This document shows, one piece after another, positions 40,720-54,671 of a stretch of DNA of 64,000 nucleotides; the stretch's first letter is position 1; the number at the start of each line of letters is the position of its first letter. A program made the translations under genes and the position numbers. The notes under the pieces were generated by a model, which saw only the letters and a list, made by a program, of their open reading frames with translations, was not told the DNA's origin and searched no databases. This DNA comes from Octopus vulgaris (lineage: Eukaryota), in contig OX597817.1 of NCBI GenBank assembly GCA_951406725.2, forward strand, positions 22,010,001 through 22,074,000, written 5' to 3'.

Positions 40720-41500
40720 CGCTTATCTTCAGTGGACAGACTGTGTGTGCTTCTGAAATTTGACCGGGATTGGAGGTGGCGTGTGGGTCTTACCACACGG
40801 ACTATATTCATGGACACAGAAATTAAGTTCATAGCTCTAGGCATGAGCAGCAGGGAAAGCGAGTGCATTCAGAGTAGTAGCTGCCTACACCTCAGACACA
40901 TGAGTTCCTCATGTGTCGTGCAACCAGGGAAGAGACGACCAAATTTCTTGATGTAATCTTAAACCTATCCCTAACCATTTTTTACTGTTTTCCTCGTAAA
41001 GTTCTGCTGTTTAGTGTTACTTGGCGATTGGAAAACGATCTTCGATGCACGTTTAAATTGTAAGGGCTGTCTTCATCGTTCTGATGATTTTGGCAAAATA
41101 GTCTGTGTGGTGGACTAAACTGAAAGGACTGAAAACAGACATAGTCCTCTTTAACCAAGTCTTTAAAAAAGTTTTCAAGTTCCACTTCAAAAGGAAAGTT
41201 GATGCAGAGCGGGAGGTGCTGCATTCCAGCAAATTTGTTAAAAGATAGGTGAATGTGGTACGTATTTTCCTAATGAATGCACCTGCGCTAAGTATGCAAA
41301 TGCAAAGTGAGACAGGGGGATGAAGAAAGTGCAGTTGCCCTTATGGTCATGGAAACTATGGCTTTGTGCGATTTCCACAAGCATCCCTCTGATGTATCCC
41401 CACCTTTGGGGATTTTTTCTTGCTTGATATTTTGCGTTTCGTAGATTTTATTGGGTTTTTTTGGTACAGACGCTTTCATGTAACACTTCATCACATTATA
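40720..41500 (+). mobile_element. Decayed 3' portion of an L1/Tx1-like LINE ORF2 + UTR
   Basis: Broken frame KAVFIVLMILAK*SVWWTKLKGLKTD...KFFKFHFKRKVDAEREVLHSSKFVKR*VNV; homologous to the minus-strand remnant at 53305-53960. Clade assignment from recall. Confidence 0.65.
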
Positions 41501-41507
41501 CTTTATT

Positions 41508-41574
<67 letters not shown>

Positions 41575-42335
41575 ATAAAGCGGTGAGCTGACAGAATCAT
41601 TAGCACGACGGATGGAATTCTTACAGGCATTTCATCTGTCTTTATGTTCTGAGTTCACATACCATGCAGATGAAGTTTACCTTTTGGGGTCGATAAAATA
41701 AGTACCGAACTTACTGGCCTTCTACTAAAATTTGAAATCGTTATTAGTATTATTATTGAGATTAATATTCCTACTACTTTTTATGATAAGGCTTTTGAAA
41801 TGTTCCTCTGAGTTTCGGGTTGCTAAATATTCAAACGTCTGATGCATGTGTTTTAAATTTTACCATTTCGTCGATGAGAGAGTTCCGTGCCCTTGTCTGT
41901 TTAGTCATTCAAAGCATCTGAGATTGGTGAAAAAAAATAGAGGAAGATATCCTAAAATCGGTGATCTGACCAGAATGCTTGCAAGTGAGGGAACACTACT
42001 AAAAATACCAAAGAATCAGGTGGCGCTGTTAAACCTTTTGACGGATTAACTTAGAATGACAAGAATAGGACCAAGTACTACAAGGCGTTTTGCCCGAACC
42101 TCTCACGATCCCTCCTGTCCAGTACACTGAAGCGGTACTCTATTTTGCCAACCCCCGAAATATCGAAAGGTAAAGTTGACTGCGGCAGGATTTGAACTCG
42201 GTGCACAAGGATTCGAAATATAAACACTAAAAAGTATTTTGTTCAATTCCCTGCCTGTTGTATATGTGTAGATGCAGACACTCAAATAATTTTATTTTCC
42301 GACCGACACCATCATCCAACTGTCGCGTGTGTGCG

Positions 42336-42402
<67 letters not shown>

Positions 42403-42455
42403 TTATCTATCTATATATCTATCTATCTATCTATCTATTTATCTATCTCTCTCTC

Positions 42456-42539
<84 letters not shown>

Positions 42540-42951
42540 ACATATATATATATATATATATATATATCATATACACATGTAAATACATACATACACATAT
42601 GCGTGTATGTATATATGTATATATATAATATACACATGTAAATACATACATACACATATGCGTGTATGTATATATGTATATATATATATATATAATATAC
42701 ACATGTAAATACATACATACACATATACGTGTATGTATATATGTATGCATGTATGTATGTATGTATATATTAAAATTCACCCGCAGGCGCATGCCATCAC
42801 ATACACGCACACCAGTACATTCGTAAACGCATACACACATATTTTAATCTATAAACACACCTACAGTCATACGAGCACACATACGTACACCCCACCGCAT
42901 GATCACACCCAAATACACTTCCATACACTCACACACCAACACTTGCATTGC

Positions 42952-43238
42952 ACATACATACGTACATACGTACATACATACATACATACATACATACGTT
43001 CGTACGTACATACATACATACATACATACATACGTACGTACATACATACATACATACGTACATACATACATACATACATACCTACATACATACATACATA
43101 CGTACATACATACATACATACATACATACGTACGTACATACATACATACATACATACATACATACATACGTACGTACATACATACATACATACGTACGTA
43201 CGTACGTACATACGTACATACATACGTACGTACATACA

Positions 43239-43300
<62 letters not shown>

Positions 43301-43602
43301 CATACATACATGCATACATACATGCATACATGCATACATACATACATACGTACATACATACATACATACATACATACATACATACATGCATACATACATA
43401 CATACATACGTACATACATACATACATACATACCTACATACATACATACATACGTACATACATACATACATACATACATACATACATACATACATACATA
43501 CGTACGTACATACATACATACATACGTACGTACGTACGTACATACGTACATACATACGTACGTACATACATATATACATACATACATACATATATACATA
43601 CA

Positions 43603-43636
<34 letters not shown>

Positions 43637-44040
43637 CATACATACATGCATACATACATGCATACATACATACATACATACGTACATACATACATACATA
43701 CATACATACATACATACATGCATACATACATGCATACATACATACATACATACGTACATACATACATACATACATACATACATACATACATGCATACATA
43801 CATACATACGTACATACATACATACATACATACATACATACATACATACATACATACATACATACATACATACATACATACATACATACGTACGTACGTA
43901 CGTACATACATACATACATACATACGTACGTACGTACATACCTACATACATACATACATACATACATACATACATACATACATACATACATACATACATA
44001 CGTACGTACATACATACATACATACATACATACATACATA
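42952..44040. repeat. ~1.1-kb (TACA)n array with TACG/TGCA/TATA/TACC variants
   Basis: Direct reading; explains the 170-445 aa HTYI/MYVC ORFs. Confidence 0.98.
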
Positions 44041-44396
44041 GAGATACATACACGTAGACAGACATATTAAAACGTTTCTATTTCTAACTATGTGAAATGA
44101 AAATCAATAATGCTTGGATTTTAGGGAAGTGAACTGCACATATCATTAAAAGACGACTCTGCTAGAACGCTGCAAGGAGACAATTTTCTTCAGTCTAGCG
44201 CTTTCGGCAGTTTATTGGGTAGAATATTAGCGATTACTACGTCGCCTAGATATGACAGTCGAGTTATAAAATGCCTCAAAAATTTTTTTTAAAACACATA
44301 AAGGTAATAGCTAAGGAAATGATGATAATGTCGATGATAATGGTCGTGTTCGTGAAGGTACATGCGGTAGTGTTAATGATGATTATGATCATGATG

Positions 44397-44478
<82 letters not shown>

Positions 44479-44487
44479 CAACATCAA

Positions 44488-44569
<82 letters not shown>

Positions 44570-44765
44570 AATAGTAGTAGCAAGGAATGCTAATTTCATC
44601 TATTGCCACAAGGACGATGGATGGAGGACGTAGCAAAGAAAATTAGAAAAGCTAGAAAATATTGAATTTTATAGACGTTACGATTGAAAACAATGAAGCA
44701 AATTACGAAATAATATTAAACTGATATGGAAAAAATATATCTGTGCATGTACGTATATATTTATA

Positions 44766-44850
<85 letters not shown>

Positions 44851-44855
44851 GTATG

Positions 44856-44898
<43 letters not shown>

Positions 44899-45105
44899 GT
44901 ATATATATATGTATGTATATATATGTATATATATATATATATATGTATATATATGTATACATATATCACCCATCTCTTTTTGCCTGTCCTAATTGTCGTT
45001 TCTCCTGTCCGCCTTTGTATCGTCTATCTGTTCGAATGCTTTCTTGTCCTCTATTGCGTTTTTGTTCCACTATATATATGTATATATGTATGTGTTTGTG
45101 TGTGT

Positions 45106-45142
<37 letters not shown>

Positions 45143-45169
45143 TGCGTACGCGTGAAATTTTCTATGTAC

Positions 45170-45490
45170 CTGGGTTCATTCTTAGTACGTGGTACCTTGG
45201 GCAAATGTCTTCTATAAATAGCCTCGGGCGGACAAATACCTTGTGAATGGATTTGTTAGACAGAAGCTGAAAGAAATTTACCATGTGTAAGTGTGCGATG
45301 GCGAGTGTTTATGTCTTTGTCCCCGCCCGCCATCGCTTGACAATCGATACTGTTTTTTTTTTTTTACTTTCCCGTAAGATAGCGGTTCGGCGAAATTGAC
45401 CGATGGAATAAGTACCAGGCTTTCAAAAAGAAATTAACAACTGGGGGCGATTATTTAGACTTACCTTCTTTGCGGTGCTGCCCCAGCAGG
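45170..45490 (+). mobile_element. Family B SINE, degenerate
   Basis: GGTACCTTGGGCAAATGTCTTCTA...GAATGGATTTG...CATCGCTTGACAA...GCGGTTCGGC...AATAAGTACC. Confidence 0.75.
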
Positions 45491-45584
45491 GCTAAGTCCT
45501 TCGGTAGCATTATCTTTCTTAGTTTTCTGTAAAGTGGACATCATTCCAGAAGTCAGATGCTAGATATCTGAATATTCTTTTCTC

Positions 45585-45970
45585 CTCTAAGCACAAGACC
45601 TGAAATTTTGGCTGATGGGGCCCAGTCGATTAGCTCGACCCTAGTACGCAACTGATACTAAATTTATCGATCCCGAAAGGATGAAAAGCAAACTGACCTC
45701 GGCGGAATTTGAACTCAGAACGCAAAGACAAACGAAATACCTATTTCTTTACTACCCACAAGGGCCTAAACACAGAGGGAACAAACAAGGACAGACAAAC
45801 GGATTAAGTCGATTACATCGACCCCAGTGCGTAACTGATAATTATTTAATCAACCCCGAAAGGATGAAAGGCAAAGTCGACCTCGGTGGAATTTGAACTC
45901 AGAACGTAAAGATAGACGAAATACTGCTAAGCGTTTCGCCTGGCGTGCTAACCTTTCTGCCACCCTACCC
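45585..45970 (-). mobile_element. Chimeric family A dimer: young-tailed unit joined to an old-tailed unit
   Basis: Junction ACGAAATACC|TATTTC at 45741/45742; the left unit has the old tail (GCACAAGACCTGAAATTTTGG) and the right unit the young tail. Confidence 0.88.
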
Positions 45971-46713
45971 TGATAAAATATAACCATACTTGAATACTGT
46001 GTCCTTAATTCTACTATTGTTGCTGCCTTAGTGTATACTGAGATCACATTAGCCACAGTATCGTAATCTTTGCAACTAAACGTTTTAGCAGTATACAGAA
46101 CTTATGACTAGCTACCTTCACCCTATTACAAGAGACGAAGTATGGCCAGATGAAGGTATCAGTGCAAAGCACTATAGATAGAAGTTTTCTGGGTTTTTTT
46201 AAAAGTAATCTGTGTAACAAATACGTCTGATTTCGAACGAAACTAGAATCAATAAAAACTATTGTACCCTTCCCCAAGTTTTTAATATTCTTGCCAGTGA
46301 TAAATCATTATGATTTAAAGAAGGTAGAGGAGAACGGGTTGTTTGTTCGTGAAGAGCACGAGTGAATCTTTTCTGAAATATGAAAAAAATATTCCTTCGT
46401 AATAAATTATATGACTCATATAACAGTCAGAATACGAGGGAAAAGAATCATAAAGATTGAGTGAGAAATGATTATGTGGAAGAAAACTCAGAAAGACGTG
46501 AGGGAGGGAGGGAGGGAGAGATGGAGGGAGTGGTTGACGGAGGAAAGGAAGGAGGGAGGTAGGGATGAGGAAGTGAGGAAGATAGAGAGAGACAGAGAAA
46601 AGGGAATATATAAAGAATTAAGAAAATATCGAAAGTTAAAGAACTTTTGAAAGGGAAACAGATCGAAGAATAATATAGATATCTACGCTTATATGTGCGT
46701 GTGTATGTGTGCG

Positions 46714-46767
<54 letters not shown>

Positions 46768-47344
46768 TGTGTATGTGTGTGTGTGTATGTGAATGTGTGT
46801 GTGTGTGTGTGCTTATGTGTGTATGCTCTTATCAAATATAACGTAAACAGGATTACATATCAGCAGATTGAAAAGCTTCCCAATCCGTTGATGATTAGAG
46901 TCAATCATAAGGTCGATTGCACGAAATATTTAGGTCCGGAAATATAATCTTGTTTATTTTACATTTGACAAACATACATCACATCCTATATACTCCTCTT
47001 AACTTAACAGTACATTGATTATATTTTTGGTTGCAAAAAAAAACAATATTTAAAAGAAGAAAAAAAAATACGCACATGCAGACATACGCAAACATACACA
47101 ATCATACACATATACAAACACCACATATACATACACAACAAGGAGGGAGAGAAAGTAGTAAGAGTTTACATGAGAGAGAGAGAAAGAGAAAGAGAGAGTG
47201 ATAGCGTGTGTAAATTATCAGCAATTCCTCCATAAATATAAATTCTGCAAAATGTTTTGCGTACGTTCCACAAAATTTCTCTTTTCATTGATTTCCCTAC
47301 CAAAAGCGTATATAATAATAATAATAACAATAATAATAATAATG

Positions 47345-47396
<52 letters not shown>

Positions 47397-47425
47397 TAAT
47401 AATGATAATAATAATAATAATAATA

Positions 47426-47478
<53 letters not shown>

Positions 47479-47627
47479 CAATTGTATATAAAAGAAAAAG
47501 AGAGAAAAAGAAAATATATATATATATTATATTATAATGATATATATATATATGTATTCATACATATATATATGAACGAACGTTTGTATGTGTGTATGTA
47601 CATGTGTAAGTACACACACACACATAC

Positions 47628-47691
<64 letters not shown>

Positions 47692-49264
47692 AAGCTAAAT
47701 TTCCACTGCGTTGTTACACAATGATTCTTATGATTCTTGTTCAGATTTTGAGGTGGCTGGCATGGTAAATTAGGAAACTCTCTTTTTATCAACATCATAC
47801 ATAAATTGGCTGTTATCAATCGATGCTAAAAATAACTTTTGACAAGCTTTACTAGTTGCATGTTTTGGGTGAAAAATAGAGAAAAGACTTTAGACATTTA
47901 AAAAAATATTATAGACAGATTCCTTGTTGATATCGGAATGAAACAACCATTTTGTCTCCGCGTTCCTCCGTCTATACATGCGTACACACACACTCACACA
48001 TACACACACACACACATGCATATGTATATTTTAATATCTTCAGTTTCATTCTTTTACGAAGAGACTAAGATGGTGTGCTAGGTGTACTACGATAAAATTA
48101 TTGCACCCATTACGCACATAAGAGCTCAGCGAGAACTTCTTCAATCAGATACAGTGAACATGATTGCTAGTACCGGTTTTGTTCACTAAATCGTTCATAT
48201 CTATTAATTTTTATCTATATAACAAAATATTATAAATTAAATGTGATTATAAAGTAACTATATATGTCTTAATGTTTTTGTAACTCCAATTTAATGTATT
48301 TCTTACACACACAAGCTCACACACAGACAGACACACGCCCTCACATATAACTATTGTTATTCATTTAGAAGTGGACATACGTATGCACACACGTATGTAC
48401 ACATATGCAGACTGACAGATAGAAAGATAGGTAGGCAATCACGAAGACATATACATGAAGTGTGCGTACATATATCTATATTTGTGTATGTATGAAAGAG
48501 TGAGAGTGTATGTATGCATATATAACATACAAGAAATGAAAGTAAATAAGGAGAGGAAAATAATTGCCGAAGGGAAAGGTAACAGAATAGGGAAGAGTGG
48601 GAGTGAGTGTTTTTGATGGTGGGAGTAAGAGATAAGGAAATAAGATGGAAGCAAGGAAAATTTTATATATAAATTTTTAAAAATAGCTGAAATGCTACGG
48701 CATAGAAAGCTGTTTGAACAGAACTGAGAGGCAGGACGAGAAATAGAGAGGAGAGAAATAGTTGGTGGTAGAGAGGAAGGGGACAATGAAATGAATTATT
48801 ATGCAAAGTAAATGTAAGGGAGAAAGCAGAGGAAGTAACCAAGGAAGCAGGAAAGGAAGCAACAAAGGAAGCAAAAAGACAGCAAAAATGGATAGAATAG
48901 GGGTGGGGGGATGAATAAGAATAAAAAGACAGAATGAAGGAAGGAAATGAAGGCAAAAGAAGAGTTGAATAGATAGATGCGTAGAGAAGGATGATGGGAT
49001 AGAGAAAGCTGAAAGATGGTAGTAAGTAAAAAAGGAATGACAGAATAATCGGTTGACAGAAACACTGCGGTGTTTGTAGTTCATAAGCGATGTGTGCTAT
49101 TTTGGTTTCAAATCTTATGTAGGTCAATTATGACCTCTATGCTTTAACATAGTGTTTGACATTAAATGAGTAGCTGTACCGAGCTAAAAACATACTCCTC
49201 CGCTATTTTAAATGGTGTTGCCTGGTGACAATACATAAACCCGTTAATAAATATATTTTTTTTA

Positions 49265-49619
49265 GGTGGAGGCGCAATGGCCCAGTGGTTAGGGCAGCGG
49301 ACTCGCGTTTGTAGGATCGCGGTTTCGATTCCCAGACCGGACGTTGCGAGTGTTTATTGAGCGAAAACACCTAAAGCTCCACGATGCTCCGGCAGGAGAT
49401 GGTGGTGATCCCTGCTGTACTCTTTCACCACAACTTTCTCTCACTGTATTTCAAAGGGCCGGCCTTGTCACTCTCTGTGTCACGCTGAATATCCCCGAGC
49501 ACTACGTTAAGGGTACACGTGTCTGTGGAGTGCTCAGCCACTTACACGTTAATTTCACGAGCAGGCTGTTCCGTTGATTCGGATCAACCGGAACCCTAGT
49601 AACCGACGGAGTGCTTCCA
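49265..49619 (+). mobile_element. tRNA-derived SINE, family C (resembles octopus tRNA-Arg-related SINEs, from recall)
   Basis: Box A TGGCCCAGTGG, box B GGTTTCGATTCC, ~350 bp GC-rich body; near-identical inverted copy at 51109-51484. Confidence 0.9.
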
Positions 49620-51108
49620 TATTTTTAAAGGAAGGGGCTAGCAAATTGTTATTGATGTTATTTGGCAGCATCGTTAGAGCACTGGATAAAATGCCTTGCG
49701 AGATTTCCGGCCGAAGCCAAAATTTACCCTTTAGCCTTCTAGGCCATAAAATAAAATAAGAGCCAATACTGGGTTCGATGTAATCGACAAATCCCCTTCT
49801 CTCAAAACTGCTGTGAATTGGTAGAATGGTTAGTGTCAAAGAAAATGCATTGCTATATTTATTGTGATGTTTTAGGACTGTGTTTAAATCCCGCCGAAGT
49901 CAAGTTTACATTTATCCCTCCGATCCGATTTAATCGACTGACTCCGCAACCGCCCATATTTCAGGCCTTGAACCTATGTTGCTTATCCTCATTTTGGTTC
50001 TAATCAAACAGACCTATGATCAATGGCAAACCAAACGTGAGCTTCTCTTCTGTTTTAGGGATGTCTGTAACTACAGTATTATAAGTGTTCTATTTTGTTT
50101 AATCCAACACAGTGGAATGTCATCTAAAAGATATTTGACTGCTATTTTACAAGTCCAGTTGAATATTTATTCCCCTTCGTTTATTCAAAGAAGACGGGAT
50201 AAGAGGACATCTAAAGTTGAAGAGTGCTGCTATTTGGTGTCTATCCTTTTTATATTCTGAATTCAAATCACGCTGATGCTCACTATAACTTTTAGCTTAT
50301 CCGTATATTAGTCATGTTTTAGAATAGACATGATCGAGTTCAACCTGTATAACAAATGTGTGGCTTTGTGCTCATTATAAAGATTCATTATTACAATTTT
50401 TCTAAGGGAGAAAAACCGACTGAAACCCTAGCGTGCAAACAGTACTTAGTTAAGGCTTTTTACTTTCTTCTAAGATAAAATGGTAGTTAGAAAGGAAGCA
50501 AAAACGCATTAAAGCTGGAGAGATTAAATAGGAAAAGGAAAGACGGAATAAATTAATGAAATACAGAAAGAAAGACAAGGAACGCAGAAAGCAAGCAAAA
50601 AAATAGACATGAGGGAAGATGATTGGTTAACAGACACTTGTGATAGTCGACATGGGATTGAGAAGAAGTGATGGAGTGAAAGAAAGCTGAAAAATAAGTA
50701 TTATCAAATGCAAAATGACAATGACAAAGGAGTCAGGTGACAGAAACACTAAATAACGTGTAATTTCGGTTTCAAATCCTGTACAGATCGATTATACCCT
50801 CCATCCTTCCCTGGGTAGCAATCAAAAAGATAAGTAGCATTACGGGGCTCATAATTTACTGTATAGCTATCGTATATCGTGAAGCTTTGTGACAGCATTA
50901 AAGTTGATTTAATGCAATTATTTTTTTTTTAATGAGGACAAAATGTTACCCTCGTTAATCGTTAGAGCGACGGGCAAAATTAATCTTATGGTATTTGTTC
51001 CAGTATCGGTTTGGCTGTTAATCATTTTCAGAGGTCGATAAAATAATGGGAAATGCTGAAGGTGGATTGGTTGCTATTACTTCAGGCATTTCAAACACAT
51101 ACACATAT

Positions 51109-51484
51109 GGAAGCGCTCCGTCGGTTACGACGACGAGGGTTCCGGTTGATCCGATCAACGGAACAGCCCGCTCGTGATATTAACGTGTAAGTGGCTGAGC
51201 ACTCCACAGACACGTGTACCCTTAACGTAGTTCTCGGGGATATTCAGCGTGACACTGAGAGTGACGTGGCCGGCCCTTTGAAATACAGGTACAAGAGAAA
51301 CAGGAAGTAAGAGAAAGTTATGGTGGAAGAGTACAGCAGGGATCACCACCATCCCCTGCCGGAGCCTCGTGGAGCTTTAGGTGTTTTCGCTCAATAAACA
51401 CTCACAACGCCCGGTCTGGGAATCGAAACCGCGATCCTACAAACGCCAGTCCGCTGCCCTAACCACTGGGCCATTGCGCCTCCA
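51109..51484 (-). mobile_element. Family C SINE with TSD
   Basis: Reverse complement of 49265-49619; direct repeat CACATACACATAT at 51096-51108 and 51483-51495. Confidence 0.92.
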
Positions 51485-52194
51485 CATACACATATACGCG
51501 CGCGTGTATATACAAACAAAGAAACACATGGTCACGTTTAGCTTTTCACGTCTGTATGTCAATTGGCTGACCTCCAGACGATACACTTTTTTTTCTTATA
51601 TGCTTCCAGTTGCGCACTGTCTATTGAAACGATTTATTTCTTCAATCAGGAATTTAACATCTGTTAAGAGAACGAATGTTCCTAATTAGATGCTTGTTTA
51701 AGGACTTATACATACGCCGTGAGGTGACCAAAATTTCGAACAGTATTTGTGAGCTTTGAAATCGTTAGCTTTTGTTGATATTGTATTCACATTTAATGTT
51801 GATAGGAAATGTTTGGAGGCTTTGTGTAGACTTGCAGTACTAAATCCTTAAGGGACGAGTCATTGATTCCTTCTATTTTACATAACCTGCAGACATAAGC
51901 TCGCAGAACTTCAAAACTTGTAAGTCTATACGTCATGTCCAATAGTAGAATACCTTTGTGACTTTCTCACACTTTATATGGCTATTATGTGAGTGGAAAT
52001 CGTAAATCATCCATATTTCTCAATAAGTAATTTATTCAATACTTTTTTCTTGATATTTTTGTCGCTATCATTATGTCACACATTAAATATTTCTTATGAT
52101 ACCCATTAAAAGTGTCGGCTTGTAATATCGCAGTGAAGTCAAATAGTTTGTCTATTTTGTTCTGTATGATATTTTTACTTCATTTTTTTTCTCT

Positions 52195-52614
52195 TTATCC
52201 TCCAAGAATCTTGACATGCATTTGCCACGAGTTTGATAAACTTAATCTCCTACACCTCTTGATATCCTTGAGAACACAGTAAAGTTGACTGAGCATGTTG
52301 TTGTCATTGTTATTGATCCTCGCATTTCCATTGTTTCCGATCTCACTGCTTCAATTTCCATAATCCCCATGCCATGTGGATATTTCGTTTTGATGTTGTT
52401 GATGCTGCTGCTGTTGCATCTCTGATTGTTGTCAGTCTCCTTTGTTGCCATTCTTTGTAAAATTATAGCCATCAGCAAAGTTACCTCTTCTCCTGATATG
52501 GATCATACCATTGGTGACCTTGCTTCTCTCGCTGCTGGCACCAAATCCAATATTTCAGCAGCTGCCAAATGAATTGTTGCAGCAATCAAAGTTCACTTCC
52601 GGCTTCATTTCATG
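52195..52614 (-). pseudogene. Possible pseudo-exon or decayed coding fragment of unknown origin
   Basis: Acceptor-like TTTTGGCTCTAG, then a 140-codon frame with three internal TGA and a terminal TAA; N/G/Q-rich; no family recognised. Confidence 0.25.
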
Positions 52615-52859
52615 CTAGAGCCAAAATAATCCATTCTTGTTTGTTCACTAAATATTTGTATTTGTTCTTTGGCTGACAAACTAATAATATAAATTACAGT
52701 CTAAGGGAAAGTGCCCGCTCGAAATACGCTTGTTTTTCTCTCGAAATTTTTAACTCGTAAAAGAAAGAAAATATTACTTTACTCTGTCAAAGAAACAAAA
52801 TCCATACTGCATATGAAATATACTTTCATCCCAAATAGTTAATAATTCTATCATTTGTT

Positions 52860-53060
52860 TCTAACATAGGCACAAAGCCAGAAATATGAGCGGTGTGTTA
52901 GTCGACACAATCGACCCCAATGCTTGGCTGCTAATCTATTTTCTCAATTCCGGAAGAATGAAAACAAAGTTGACAGTGCAGGGATTTCTTCTCAGAAAGT
53001 AAAGTGTCGGAACAAATACCGCAAGGCATTTTATCTTACGCTCTAACGATTCCACCATCT
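52860..53060 (-). mobile_element. Degenerate family A SINE (old tail)
   Basis: GGCACAAAGCCAGAAAT...GTCGAC...AAATACCGCAAGGCATTTT...CTAACGATTC. Confidence 0.7.
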
Positions 53061-53304
53061 CATTATCTGCGTATGATTGTGCGTGTGTGCGTGATGGGAG
53101 GACTAGATATAGCAAGATGCTCTGGGCAGCGAAAAGTGAATTATCATATTCATACGGATTAACTCTATGATCATGATGATGATCATGATTAACTCTATGA
53201 TCATGATAATGATCGTGATAATGATGATGTGGATGATGATGACGACGAAAAAGACGACGACGACGATGATGATGGTGATGATAATAACAATAACAATAAT
53301 AATA

Positions 53305-53960
53305 AGGTTTCTTTATAACCGACGAAAGGTTTACAAAACTGATAGAAGACGAACATGAATTTAAAATACAGGATTACTTAAAAAAATAGTAAAATAACAG
53401 TAAAAATACAACGAATAATTCCCCCTAAACCGCAACTAATCCGACCACAAGAACAAGTACTCTCGCTTTATTCTCCTCCTTGAATGCACATGTGCAAAAC
53501 CATTAACTAGGATCTTCCCAGCCACTCACATCCGTTTTTAAACAAATTTGCTGCGTGGAAGCTCGTCCCTCTCCATCCTCACTTTCCTTTTCAGGTAAAT
53601 CTGGAGAAATTTAATAAGGGCTTGGCCAAAGAAGAAAGTATCTACCTTCAGTCTTTTCATTTATGTCTACTACACAGCCTATTCCGCCAAAACCACCAGA
53701 CAGATCAAGACTTCCTGTCATTGACGGCTAAAGGAAGGCGGCAAGTTATCAATGCTCAAGCAATCATTGTGCAAACTGGTGATATCAATCGGAGTGATCA
53801 TTCTTCATTTAGTGGGGCAAAGTTAATTGTCGTATGGTGTAGTACTACGATTTGGCCCTTGGCCGTCTTAGTGGTGTGTTCTCTGTTGTGAACATTTAAG
53901 TTTTGCCACATGTTTGATGATAACTTCTCTTTCATCCAGTCTGAGAGACCTTGACTGCCT
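53305..53960 (-). mobile_element. Decayed 3' portion of an L1/Tx1-like LINE
   Basis: Minus-strand LICLVVLAE*AV...MKRLKVDTFFFGQALIKFLQIYLKRKVRMERDELPRSKFV aligns with 41020-41260; ends in ...TATAAAGAAAC. Confidence 0.65.
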
Positions 53961-54014
53961 CTGCTCTCTTCCAAACTAAGCCATAAAATGTCGGATCTAG
54001 GATTTGAGTGATGA

Positions 54015-54421
54015 TCTATTATATAAAATCCGTTCTGTCTGTCTGTGTGTGTGTCTTTTAGGGTCTCGGGCATCCTCCATCCGATTGCGCTCAAATTTGA
54101 TATGTAGATACCGACAGTATCAGGACATGTATAAGTCTTGACAAAATTAGAAAAATCGATTCCCTGTGAGAATGCGATCGATAAAGCAGTGGGAATGTGC
54201 ATTTGTACGCGCAAGTATATCAGCTGTTTCAATCTATACTACGCGTACGCAAGCAAAAGTCTATCTTTATTTCTTCCTTTGCTGGTGTCTCAAATTTAGG
54301 TTAAATCTGTGTTTCTCAAAAGGGAGGCCTATGGGACGGTCGGACCAGATGCTTTGAGAAAATTTGATTTAAATGTTTGACAACTCATCACCGTCCACTG
54401 GACGAGGGGGCGTTTTGCTCG
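54015..54421 (+). mobile_element. Non-autonomous Helitron
   Basis: 5' A|TCTATTATATAAAA, (CTGT)/(GT) microsatellite, CCGATT...AAATTTG motif, subterminal hairpin CGTCC-act-GGACG (54392-54404), 3' CTCG|T (CTAG-like); no TSD. Confidence 0.75.
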
Positions 54422-54499
54422 TAATTTTATAAAAGGTAAACTATAGAGGAATTTGAACATATTTTTGTGGCAGGTAAATAAGTTACTTAAAACATTTAA

Positions 54500-54671
54500 C
54501 TAGAACTTTCCAACCTGAGTTCCGTGGACCCCTGGTGGTCCGCAAAGGTAGTACTGGGGTTCCGTGAATTAAATTCAAAATTTCATACAGATATGATATA
54601 TACATAAAAATGAGCATATTAAAAGTGGTCCCTGGGAAAACTCATTTAAATAAAAGGGTTGTGAACCACTG
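54500..54671. mobile_element. Degenerate hAT-like MITE
   Basis: Left end TTCCAACCTG...GTGGACCCCTG...GGTCCGC and right end AAAGGGTTGTGAACCACTG; related fragment near 30570-30640. Confidence 0.55.

Noticed and set aside
42733-44070. Long overlapping ORFs (HTYI/MYVC repeats, up to 445 aa)
   Set aside because: The (TACA)n array lacks stop codons in most frames.
49265-49340. tRNA gene candidates (also 8720, 61530, 55650)
   Set aside because: Box A/B are present but the acceptor stems are not closed and the sequence continues into SINE or PLE bodies.
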